A stretch of DNA of 32,000 nt. Source: Candidatus Saccharimonadota bacterium. Its GTDB lineage: Archaea > Micrarchaeota > Micrarchaeia > Micrarchaeales > Micrarchaeaceae. Location: assembly GCA_021654395.1 (NCBI GenBank), contig AP024486.1, positions 150,001 to 182,000 of the forward strand, read 5' to 3'. Both the position numbers and the translations under genes were made by a program. Positions within the stretch are counted from its first letter, which is position 1; each line of letters begins with the position of its first letter. Shown piece after piece: positions 24,017-32,000 of this stretch. The notes beneath the pieces were generated by a model. That model was given only the letters and a program-made list of their open reading frames with translations. It ran no database searches and was not told where the DNA came from.

Positions 24017-24712
24017 ATGTATCCAAATGTACAAGCGTATGACAGAGGCACAATGTTTAGTCCTGATGGAAAGCTATATCAAGTAGAGTATGCTATAGTC
24101 GCAACTAAGAAGGGAGCTACGGCGATAGGCCTAATTATAGATAATGGTGTCGTATTAGCAGGAGAGAAGACTTATGAGGCGCCTTTTGTTATATACAAAA
24201 CTGTACAAAAGGTATTTAGAATAGATCATCTAATAGGAGCGACATATAGCGGAATGGTCTCAGATGGATTACATCTTATAAATATATTGAGAAATAAGGC
24301 GCAGACACATAGACTACTCTATAATGAAGCAGAGACTATAGATGGATTAGCCAAAGATATATCTGAAGAGATGCAGGTAGCGACACAGTACGGCGGCTTG
24401 AGACCATATGCAGTGTCTTTACTTCTAGGAGGAGTAGATCCAAATGCTGTTGTCTTTGAGATAGATCCTTCTGGATCTCCTGTAGGCTATAAAGCAAGAG
24501 CGATAGGTCAAGGCAGAGATAAAGCAACAGAGATACTCTCTAAAGAGTTTAAAGATGGAATGAGTAAAGAAGAAGGAGTAAGCCTAGCAGTAGATATTAT
24601 AAAGAAGGTACATGAGGGTAAGTTCTACCCACAGAACGTTGAGGTATCAGTAATAGAAAAGAGTAAAGGCTTCTACTACTTAACTGATGAGGAGATAGAG
24701 GAGTTATTGTAA
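24017..24712 (+). CDS. psmA: proteasome subunit alpha
   Basis: 231 aa with the N-terminal signature YDRGTMFSPDGKLYQVEYA and an Ntn-fold core. Confidence 0.92.
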   Translation: MYPNVQAYDRGTMFSPDGKLYQVEYAIVATKKGATAIGLIIDNGVVLAGEKTYEAPFVIYKTVQKVFRIDHLIGATYSGMVSDGLHLINILRNKAQTHRLLYNEAETIDGLAKDISEEMQVATQYGGLRPYAVSLLLGGVDPNAVVFEIDPSGSPVGYKARAIGQGRDKATEILSKEFKDGMSKEEGVSLAVDIIKKVHEGKFYPQNVEVSVIEKSKGFYYLTDEEIEELL

Positions 24713-25404
24713 TGTCTGGTAATAAGATTCTCATTGCTACGTATAAGCATAATAATGAGATCTTTCAGATTATAGTAAATGCAGATCTTGCATACGATTA
24801 CATAAATGGAAAGATAAATGATCCTTTAAGCGTACTAGAGGATGAGAATATCTTTAAGGATGCGAAGAAAGGAGAGGTTCAGAGCGAGGCAAAGATAAAG
24901 GCTGCCTTTGGAACAACAGATATAGCCAAGGTTGTCGATACTATACTAAAGAAAGGAGAGGTTCCTTTAACAGCTGAGCAGAGAGCCAAGATGCTTGAAC
25001 AGAAAGAGAACGAGATTATAAACATTATAGCGAGTAACTCAATAGATCCTAGAACAAAGACGCCTATACCGCCATTAAGAATCAAGAATGCAATGCAGCA
25101 GGCAAGAGTTGGCATAGATGTAAATAAGAGCGCTGAAGAGCAGATTGATAGGATAGTCAAAGAGCTGTCTAAGGTGCTGCCTATAAAGTTTGCTAAGGTT
25201 AAGCTTGATATTTTGTTACCAGCAGACATTGCTGGTAGATCATTAGGCTATATAAAATCTAACTTAACGATACTTAAGCAGGAATGGCTAAATGATGGCA
25301 GCTTAAAGATAGAAGGTGAGCTACCAGCAGGATTAAGAGATGAGTTTATATCGAAGTTAGGAAATATAACAGCAGGAAAGGCTAATGTAAAGATTATAGA
25401 GTGA
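24712..25404 (+). CDS. SBDS-family ribosome maturation protein (Sdo1 homologue)
   Basis: 230 aa at the conserved superoperon position between psmA and rrp4. It has an FYSH-like N-terminus (IATYKHNNEIFQIIVNADLAYDY...) and the ATG overlaps the psmA stop (taATG). Confidence 0.8.
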   Translation: MSGNKILIATYKHNNEIFQIIVNADLAYDYINGKINDPLSVLEDENIFKDAKKGEVQSEAKIKAAFGTTDIAKVVDTILKKGEVPLTAEQRAKMLEQKENEIINIIASNSIDPRTKTPIPPLRIKNAMQQARVGIDVNKSAEEQIDRIVKELSKVLPIKFAKVKLDILLPADIAGRSLGYIKSNLTILKQEWLNDGSLKIEGELPAGLRDEFISKLGNITAGKANVKIIE

Positions 25405-25411
25405 TCTTAAG

Positions 25412-25993
25412 ATGAGAGAGATTGTTCTTCCAGGAGATATTGTAATAGTTGATGAAGTAAATAGAGATATACTTTACAAGGATAGGGATAATCTTTATGC
25501 TACAGTTATATCGCTTTATGATCCTGCAACTAAGACAATAGTTCCATTAGAGCAGATATGGAAGCCAAGGGTTGAGGAGAAGGTTGTTGGTATCGTTCAG
25601 GAGCTCAGTAGAAAGGGCTATATCATATGGCTTCATCCATTGTATAAGGGAGTTCTAAGGATTAATAAGGAGTTAAAGACAGGAGATGCAGTATATGCAG
25701 AGATAAAAGCGATTAACGGTGGCGTTATAGATCTAAAGCTAATAAGAGAGCTTAGTAATTATAGCATAATAAAGATAAAATCCACAAGGATACCAAGAGT
25801 TATAGGAAAGAATAGCTCTATGATTAACCAGATAAAGGAGCTATCTAAATCTGATATCGTAGTTGGTATGAATGGAGTAATTGCCGTAAGAGGCCCAAAT
25901 ACAGAGAAGGTCTTCTCTGTACTAAGGCTTATTGAGAAGGAGGCGCATAAAACAGGATTAACAGAGAAGGTTAGTAAGATGCTTAATGAGTAG
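25412..25993 (+). CDS. rrp4: exosome complex RNA-binding subunit Rrp4 (compact: N-terminal domain, S1, KH)
   Basis: 193 aa. VLPGD N-terminus, S1-like PRVEEKVVGIVQELSRKGYIIWL..., KH-like RVIGKNSSMINQIKELSKSDIVVGMNGVIAV. Its position is immediately upstream of rrp41. Confidence 0.8.
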   Translation: MREIVLPGDIVIVDEVNRDILYKDRDNLYATVISLYDPATKTIVPLEQIWKPRVEEKVVGIVQELSRKGYIIWLHPLYKGVLRINKELKTGDAVYAEIKAINGGVIDLKLIRELSNYSIIKIKSTRIPRVIGKNSSMINQIKELSKSDIVVGMNGVIAVRGPNTEKVFSVLRLIEKEAHKTGLTEKVSKMLNE

Positions 25994-26001
25994 TGTTTTA
26001 T

Positions 26002-26712
26002 ATGCATAATGGAAGTGTAGAGCTATTAAAGGATGGATTAAGGTTAGATGGAAGGAAGCCAGACGAGCTTAGAGAGATATCTATAAAGGCAGGAGTAATA
26101 GATAATGCAGATGGATCAGCATATCTAGAATGGGGAAATAATAGAGTACTAGCAGCAGTATATGGTCCGAAAGAGGTTATACCAAAGCACGACTCTGATC
26201 CAAATAAAGCAATTGTTAAGGCATTATATACAATGTCTCCATTCTCATCTTTAGAGGGGCATGGAAGAACAACGAGTAGAAGAGCAGTAGAGATCTCGAA
26301 GGTAACAAAGGAGGTATTTGAGAATGTTATACTAACAAATAAGTTTCCAGAGACAGAGATAGATATCTATATACAGATACTTCAGGCAGATGGTGGAACT
26401 AGAGCAGCAGGAATAACAGCGGCTGCTGTAGCATTAGCAAATGCAGGAATTCCTATGAAAGATCTTGTCTATGGAGTTAGTGCAGGAAAGGTCGGCGATA
26501 CTGTAATAATAGATCTAAATATGCTTGAGGATAACTACTCTGATGCAGATATGCCAGTTGTTGTATCTCCTAGAAGTAAGGAGATCCTACTACTTCAGAT
26601 GGATGGCAATCTAACTAAAGAGGAGTTCAAGAAGGCAATAGATATGATACTAGATGCAGGAAAGATAATATCTAAGAAGCAGAGAGAGGCTTTAATAGAG
26701 CTTTATAAATAA
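26002..26712 (+). CDS. rrp41: exosome complex exonuclease Rrp41 (RNase PH family)
   Basis: LRLDGRKPDELREI...ADGSAYLEWGNNRVLAAVYGPKE...QADGGTRAAGITAAAVALANAGIP. I prefer the ATG at 26002 to the GTG at 25993, which overlaps the rrp4 stop. Confidence 0.92.
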   Translation: MHNGSVELLKDGLRLDGRKPDELREISIKAGVIDNADGSAYLEWGNNRVLAAVYGPKEVIPKHDSDPNKAIVKALYTMSPFSSLEGHGRTTSRRAVEISKVTKEVFENVILTNKFPETEIDIYIQILQADGGTRAAGITAAAVALANAGIPMKDLVYGVSAGKVGDTVIIDLNMLEDNYSDADMPVVVSPRSKEILLLQMDGNLTKEEFKKAIDMILDAGKIISKKQREALIELYK

Positions 26713-26725
26713 AGGGTGCTTAAAG

Positions 26726-27511
26726 ATGAAGGATCTAGCAGATGAGTATTATATAAGAAAGATTGAGAGCTTTGTATCTGAGAATAAGAGGATTGATGGG
26801 AGAGCTCAGTTCGACTTTAGAGAGATCAAGTACAAGTTAGACTATATTAGAAATGCAGAAGGATCTTGCTATCTAGAGCTGGGCAACACAAAGGTTATAG
26901 CAGGCATAAAGATAGAGGCTGAGGAGCCATTAGAGAGCTCAGAAGAAGGAAATCTTATAACAAATGTTGAGCTATTACCGTTAGCATCATCTGAGTACGA
27001 AGCTGGACCACCAACACCAGAGGCTATAGAGCTATCTAGAGTTATTGATAGAGCTATAAGATCTGCAAAGATCATAGACTCAAGTAATCTTCTACTAGAG
27101 GATAATAAGGTATATAGCTTATATGCAGATATAGATGTAATAAACTTTGATGGAAATATATTTGATGCAGGAGTTATGGCTTTGCTTCTCGCATTAAAGA
27201 ACACAAGAATACCAAAGTATGAGAATGGTGAGATTATAAGAAATGAGATTGTTGGAAAGCTAAATATAAAGGGCAATGTATTATCTACAACATTCGTTAA
27301 GATCAATAAGACATTGCTCTTAGATCCTAACGCGCTAGAGGAGCTTGCTGCATCAACAAGATTGACAATTGCAACAGATGGTGATAGGATAAGAGCTATG
27401 CAGAAAGGCTTAAGTGGATCATTAACAATAAGGGAGATAGAGAATATGATAGATATCTCTTTAGAAAAGTATAAAGATTTATCTAAGATAATTGATATTA
27501 ATAAAGACTAG
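26726..27511 (+). CDS. rrp42: exosome complex subunit Rrp42 (RNase PH-like, non-catalytic)
   Basis: 261 aa. RIDGRAQFDFREIKYKLDYIRNAEGSCYLELGNTKVIAGIK... RNase PH fold, adjacent to rrp41. Confidence 0.9.
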   Translation: MKDLADEYYIRKIESFVSENKRIDGRAQFDFREIKYKLDYIRNAEGSCYLELGNTKVIAGIKIEAEEPLESSEEGNLITNVELLPLASSEYEAGPPTPEAIELSRVIDRAIRSAKIIDSSNLLLEDNKVYSLYADIDVINFDGNIFDAGVMALLLALKNTRIPKYENGEIIRNEIVGKLNIKGNVLSTTFVKINKTLLLDPNALEELAASTRLTIATDGDRIRAMQKGLSGSLTIREIENMIDISLEKYKDLSKIIDINKD

Positions 27512-27524
27512 ATTAGTGACTGTT

Positions 27525-27770
27525 ATGGTTAAGTTTAGTGTAAGATCTGGAGCGAGGCTGAGAAGGCAATTCTATTCTGTACTAGCAAAGAAGAAGAAGC
27601 TATACCAGTGCCCTTCATGCGGACAAGAGAAAGTAAAGAGAGTATCTACAAGCATATTTGTTTGTAAGAACTGCAGCACAAAGTTTGCTGGCGGCGCATT
27701 CGAGCTCGTTACTGCCAATGGTGACTCTGTAAGAAGGCGTCTAGAGCAGCTCTTTAATAAAGTAATGTAA
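27525..27770 (+). CDS. rpl37ae: 50S ribosomal protein L37Ae (eL43)
   Basis: MVKFSVRSGARLRR...YQCPSCGQEKVKRVSTSIFVCKNCSTKFAGGAF zinc ribbon. The ATG at 27525 is preceded by AGTGAC (27514-27519) and follows the rrp42 stop. The TTG at 27492 used by the track is unlikely. Confidence 0.9.
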   Translation: MVKFSVRSGARLRRQFYSVLAKKKKLYQCPSCGQEKVKRVSTSIFVCKNCSTKFAGGAFELVTANGDSVRRRLEQLFNKVM

Positions 27771-28163
27771 ATGGTTGAGATAGAGTATAAGCCCGTAAGT
27801 AAGATAGTGATACACAATATTGTTAAGATGAGCGTAGAAGAGTTAGTTTTAAGTAGAATAACGCCACAAGGAGCATTTCCATTATACTGGACTGATGGAA
27901 TACTCTGGAGCTTCAGTAATCTGCCATTAACTGAAAAGGTAATAAATGATTATATAAATGGAATTGATCACTGGGCTGTGCTTCAGTTCTCAATAATGAG
28001 CAACTATAAGGATGAGCTAAGCGTTGGAGATAATAATATGTATAAGGTAAAGGTATTAAATACTACAGATAATGACTTTCATATAGCTATTATAAGATGG
28101 TTGAGATCTAATATACTTGAGAAGGATATTAAGTTTAAAGGCAAAGGAGGTAAGAAGAAGTGA
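27771..28163 (+). CDS. hypothetical protein with a Lys-rich C-terminal tail, embedded between rpl37ae and rpoP
   Basis: 130 aa. The ATG directly abuts the rpl37ae stop. It ends in KDIKFKGKGGKKK and has no motif I can assign. Confidence 0.5.
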   Translation: MVEIEYKPVSKIVIHNIVKMSVEELVLSRITPQGAFPLYWTDGILWSFSNLPLTEKVINDYINGIDHWAVLQFSIMSNYKDELSVGDNNMYKVKVLNTTDNDFHIAIIRWLRSNILEKDIKFKGKGGKKK

Positions 28164-28168
28164 TATAT

Positions 28169-28297
28169 ATGACATATGTATGTCCAAAATGCGGAAAGCG
28201 TTATGATAAGCTGCCAGTATTCCTAAAATGTATATACTGCGGATACTTTGCATTTGTAAAAGAGAGAACTGCTGTAAAAGAGGTTAAGACAGATTAA
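28169..28297 (+). CDS. rpoP: DNA-directed RNA polymerase subunit P (Rpb12 homologue), missing from the ORF track
   Basis: 42 codons: MTYVCPKCGKRYDKLPVFLKCIYCGYFAFVKERTAVKEVKTD, with a CxxC-x12-CxxCG zinc ribbon like archaeal RpoP. AGTGAT lies 4 nt upstream. This is its usual position after rpl37ae. The stop abuts the reverse gyrase stop with zero spacer. Confidence 0.8.
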   Translation: MTYVCPKCGKRYDKLPVFLKCIYCGYFAFVKERTAVKEVKTD

Positions 28298-31200
28298 TTA
28301 GCTTATCTTATTTATCTCTTGATATATATCATTAAGAAGCTCTTTATAATCTAGTCTACCTTCCTCTACAAGATCCATTAGCTCTAGTAGCTTCTTTGTT
28401 GTCTCTTCAGATACAAAGTCTGAGTACTTGCTTATATAGCTATAAACAGTTATTCCCTTATTAGAAGGTATTAAGCTTTTACTGCTCTTAGATTCAATAA
28501 CATATCTCCTCCTCATAAGCGTTGATATAGTTGATGCATAAGTACTTGGCCTTCCGATCTGCTTACTTTTCATTAGCTTTACAAGATCTGCTTGAGTATA
28601 AAGCCTATGCTTACTTATCATATATAATTTGCTTATCTTGTATTCTGCTTTATATCCAGTATCTATACTAACTCTCTTGAGCCTTGTATTTAGATATATA
28701 AATCTCATATAATCTTTTAGATACTCTGGAGATATACTCTCATCTATTAATACCTCCTTATCTATGCATCTATTATCTCTTTTATTACATACGCTTAATA
28801 CGACTCTGACCTTGTTTATGTATATGTTACTTAGCTGGCTTGTAAGCGCTCTTTTAAATATAAGATCGTATAGCTTTATCTGATTCTTATCAAGCTCTAT
28901 ATTGAGCTCTCCCTCATTAACAGCTTCTAATAGCTTATCTGTGCTTAAAGGCTTTGTAGGCCTTATCGCTTCATGAGCTCCTTCCTTAGACCATGTATCT
29001 GCCTTGAAGTGCTTCTTTAGATCCTTTGCATTTAGATCTATAAATCTCTCTAGTATTGATATACCAGCGCTAGATATCCTTGTGCTATCTGTTCTATGAT
29101 ATGTTATTAGTCCGCTTTCGAATAGAGACTGAGCTGCTTTCATAGCCTCTGCAGCTGAGATATTTAATATGCTTACTGCATCTGATAGCATAGCATCTGT
29201 AGTGTATGGCGGCTTTACATCTAGCTCATTCTTAAATCTGTTGAGCTCTCTTACCTCTATGCTAACTATATCCCCCTTATTTAAATTAAGCCCCTCTGCA
29301 TCGATCTGCAGATTACCAAGCTCCTTATCGTTTATATACGCTACCTTGTGCTTATCTTTCTTATATCTATTATATGCATCTATTATCCATCCCAGTACTG
29401 GCGTTTGAACTCTTCCTGCACTTAGATTAAAATCCTCTGAGAATCTCTCCTTTAGTATCTCTGAGAGCTTAAAGCCAACCCATCTATCATCTATCCTTCT
29501 TAGAATCTGGGCCTTAACTAGATTAAGCTCAACATCTCTCTTTAGATTGTTTAGTGCTGCTAGAATCGCCTTTCTAGTAACCTCATGAAACTCTGATCTA
29601 TGTATGTTTCTATTGTATGAATATACTGTTAGCAATACATCAAAGGCTATCTTCTCACCTTCAGAGTCTGGATCAGTACCTATTATAACCTCATCGTATA
29701 GTGCAGCATATCTTCTTATAATATCTACAAGCTCTCTTTTATCATAAACGATCTTTGAGTTACATCCTGCAACAGAGCATCTATTATCTATAGTGGTAGT
29801 TATCTGATGCCCTCTCTCACATCTCTTAATTGTCTCATAATATGGATAGTAACTATTATTCTCTAGTATTACTCCATAGAAGCCAAGATCCTTAGTTGTT
29901 AGCTCGTATATATGCCCTAATGTTGCTATTACAGCAACTATATTATCTGCTGTGGATGTCTCATATATCAATGCATTTCCTAACCTATATACAGAAGGCT
30001 TGGAGAAGAAGTTTGCTATAACTCTCGCCTTATTTGGAGACTCTACAATAAATAGTGTAGATTTAACATCGCTTATAGCTTGAAGCTGCTCGGCTCTGCT
30101 TCTATCTATCTCTAATGATATCTCTTTAAGTGATCTTCCATCTACTTTAAGATTATCTATATCTAACTCCTCTAATTTAAGATCATCTATAATAAATGAT
30201 AGCCTACTCTCAAGCTGCCTTATAATATCCTTATCTTTTTCTATTATTACAGATAAGCCAAATGTTAATGGTCCATTTAGTATTCTAGAGATTCTACCAG
30301 TTGCTTGTATATATGTTGATGTGTCTGCTATTCTTATTCTATCTCCTTCTATTGTAAAGTCATTAAGCTTAGATAGCTCTTTCTGTATTCTTTCTTGCTT
30401 TATATAATGATCAAGATACTCGTAAGTCTTCTTTATAAGCTGATTATCTATATTATTATTCTTTATATTATCGTAAAGTACCCTTAAGGCCTCATTACTC
30501 ATCTTTTTTATATACTTATTAAAGGCATATACTGTTCTTCTTAACTCATTATCATTTACAACCCCTATTATTCTCTCTAGTAGTATAGATGCTAGTGCTG
30601 GTGGTGGCTTATCCCCTATCTTAAAAGTAAATGATGGTGCTCCTATAAATACTATATATCTTAGCCTTTCTGGGAGATCTATACCTCTTACTAATATCCC
30701 ATAGTGACTAGCAGATCCGATAAGTATATCTAGCTGCTTATCTGCAAAAAGCTGAAAGTCTTTTATACTGGATGTTGAGCTGATTCTCTTTGCCTTATAT
30801 ATCTTATTTACTCTATTTTCTATAGTATCTATAAGCTCTTCTTTTGCAGTATATGGATTATAAAGTATTAGGCCACCAGCCCCAAGGCTGCTTATGACTC
30901 TTTCTGTATAATCTGCAATCTCTGTATCGCTTCTTGCTATTACATAAGAGTCTAGTACATTCCTCATATATGTGCTTGAGCTTCCTGGCATAAATCCAAG
31001 CTCTTTTAATAGTATTAGACTTGCTTTCCTTATGGTTGCAGATGAGAGCACTATCTGCTTCTTCTTACTACTGCTCTTATATAAGCTTACAAGCAGCGAT
31101 GTTGCTCTCTTTGATTTAGCAAATGAATCTACATCATCCAGAAAGTATAGATCTATCTCTGCTCCATTAAATAGATCTATATTTCTTATCAAAAACTTAG

Positions 31201-31762
31201 ATGTTACAATTAGAATATCGAAGCTATTGCTTGATAATGCCTCTTTAAGCTTATTCTTATCTGTGCTTATATATATCCTTGGATCTTTAGATATCTTGCT
31301 AGAGTAGTCTAATAATCTGTCATATATCTGCTTCGCTAGCAGCTTTGTTGCCACTATAAATAGCGTTCTCTTTTTATTTAATAGCATAAATAAGGATGAG
31401 ATTATACCAAATGTTGTCTTTCCAGAGCCTGTAGGCGCATTCAGAGTGAAGCTCTGATCAGTTAGAAGCTTATTTATCCATAGCCTCTGTATACCTGTAG
31501 GCTTTGAGCTTAAGATCTCTTTAAACAGCTTCTCCATCTCTGCCCTTTTATCCATTAGATCCTTTATATATCTCATACCATTAAGCCTATTAGCTGCTTC
31601 TAGGTATCTTATTACCTCCTCTAAGCTTATAATCTTCTTATCCTTAATATAGCTATCTGGTAAGCATTCCTTACAGGGTAGACCTTTAATCATCCTCTCT
31701 GCTTCTATGTCTCTGCCGCAGTTCGGGCAGGAGCTTGCATAAATAGCGTCTATATCTTTCAT
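28298..31762 (-). CDS. rgy: reverse gyrase (SF2 helicase-like domain fused to type IA topoisomerase), single polypeptide
   Basis: 1154 aa. N-terminal zinc finger CPNCG...CKEC. Helicase motifs NAPTGSGKTTFG, FLDDVD, LSSAT, QATGRISR. Toprim LFIVESPNKARVIANFF and GTDPDSEGEKIA. Topo IA active-site LITYHRTDSTRIS. Confidence 0.95.
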   Translation of the reverse strand: MKDIDAIYASSCPNCGRDIEAERMIKGLPCKECLPDSYIKDKKIISLEEVIRYLEAANRLNGMRYIKDLMDKRAEMEKLFKEILSSKPTGIQRLWINKLLTDQSFTLNAPTGSGKTTFGIISSLFMLLNKKRTLFIVATKLLAKQIYDRLLDYSSKISKDPRIYISTDKNKLKEALSSNSFDILIVTSKFLIRNIDLFNGAEIDLYFLDDVDSFAKSKRATSLLVSLYKSSSKKKQIVLSSATIRKASLILLKELGFMPGSSSTYMRNVLDSYVIARSDTEIADYTERVISSLGAGGLILYNPYTAKEELIDTIENRVNKIYKAKRISSTSSIKDFQLFADKQLDILIGSASHYGILVRGIDLPERLRYIVFIGAPSFTFKIGDKPPPALASILLERIIGVVNDNELRRTVYAFNKYIKKMSNEALRVLYDNIKNNNIDNQLIKKTYEYLDHYIKQERIQKELSKLNDFTIEGDRIRIADTSTYIQATGRISRILNGPLTFGLSVIIEKDKDIIRQLESRLSFIIDDLKLEELDIDNLKVDGRSLKEISLEIDRSRAEQLQAISDVKSTLFIVESPNKARVIANFFSKPSVYRLGNALIYETSTADNIVAVIATLGHIYELTTKDLGFYGVILENNSYYPYYETIKRCERGHQITTTIDNRCSVAGCNSKIVYDKRELVDIIRRYAALYDEVIIGTDPDSEGEKIAFDVLLTVYSYNRNIHRSEFHEVTRKAILAALNNLKRDVELNLVKAQILRRIDDRWVGFKLSEILKERFSEDFNLSAGRVQTPVLGWIIDAYNRYKKDKHKVAYINDKELGNLQIDAEGLNLNKGDIVSIEVRELNRFKNELDVKPPYTTDAMLSDAVSILNISAAEAMKAAQSLFESGLITYHRTDSTRISSAGISILERFIDLNAKDLKKHFKADTWSKEGAHEAIRPTKPLSTDKLLEAVNEGELNIELDKNQIKLYDLIFKRALTSQLSNIYINKVRVVLSVCNKRDNRCIDKEVLIDESISPEYLKDYMRFIYLNTRLKRVSIDTGYKAEYKISKLYMISKHRLYTQADLVKLMKSKQIGRPSTYASTISTLMRRRYVIESKSSKSLIPSNKGITVYSYISKYSDFVSEETTKKLLELMDLVEEGRLDYKELLNDIYQEINKIS

Positions 31763-32000
31763 AATCTCATTTACTTTTTAATAATATTCTTTTTAAAGTA
31801 ATCCTCCTTATAAATTATTGCTTTTTAAAAAATCTTTTATAGATTCTATATCTAATCTTATCATATAAAAGTGATCTATTATAAAGATCAGTGAAAGTAG
31901 CAGTAGCGAGCCTGTTGAATCTTATCAGCCGATAGAAATTAGTATAAGCTTGCCTCTTATAGTATGGATATCTATATTTATTATAGGTATAGTGCTTATA

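Noticed and set aside
31875-32000. Possible start of a membrane-protein ORF at the right edge (...IEISISLPLIVWISIFIIGIVLI, or the ATG at 31964 in another frame)
   Set aside because: No convincing start codon or SD is present, too little sequence lies before the window ends, and the frame cannot be chosen.

Overview
Densely packed, strongly AT-rich archaeal chromosome segment in which the stable-RNA genes stand out as GC-rich islands. Most of it is core information-processing genes: KEOPS kae1/bud32, an rpl18e-rpl13-rps9-rpoN-tRNAPro-rps2 block, a stand-alone 16S rRNA gene, GluRS, fibrillarin, a TRAM protein, a histone, the proteasome/exosome superoperon (psmA-SBDS-rrp4-rrp41-rrp42-rpl37ae-...-rpoP) and an intact reverse gyrase gene, a thermophile hallmark. 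Five things are not explained by the ORF track. (1) The 16S gene carries a 522-nt bulge-helix-bulge intron with a degenerate LAGLIDADG ORF. It sits alone (no 23S/5S) between 21-bp perfect processing-stem arms and deviates at several normally universal positions, including primer sites, the decoding centre and the anti-SD. (2) tRNA-Pro(GGG) has a 16-nt insertion in the T-loop, a candidate non-canonical intron. (3) A four-box C/D sRNA candidate lies immediately 5' of the histone start codon. (4) A 42-codon rpoP is missing from the track. (5) The best candidate for an undescribed system is a co-directional 5.7-kb cluster (16758-22461). It encodes a soluble PAS histidine kinase, a wHTH-REC response regulator whose C-terminal half looks like a catalytically degenerate GGDEF/cyclase-type domain, an overlapping class-III-signal (type IV pilin-like) protein, a P-loop kinase and two sequon-rich surface proteins. 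I saw no CRISPR array, transposase, integrase or recognisable defence gene. All family calls come from motif recognition by eye; no searches were run.
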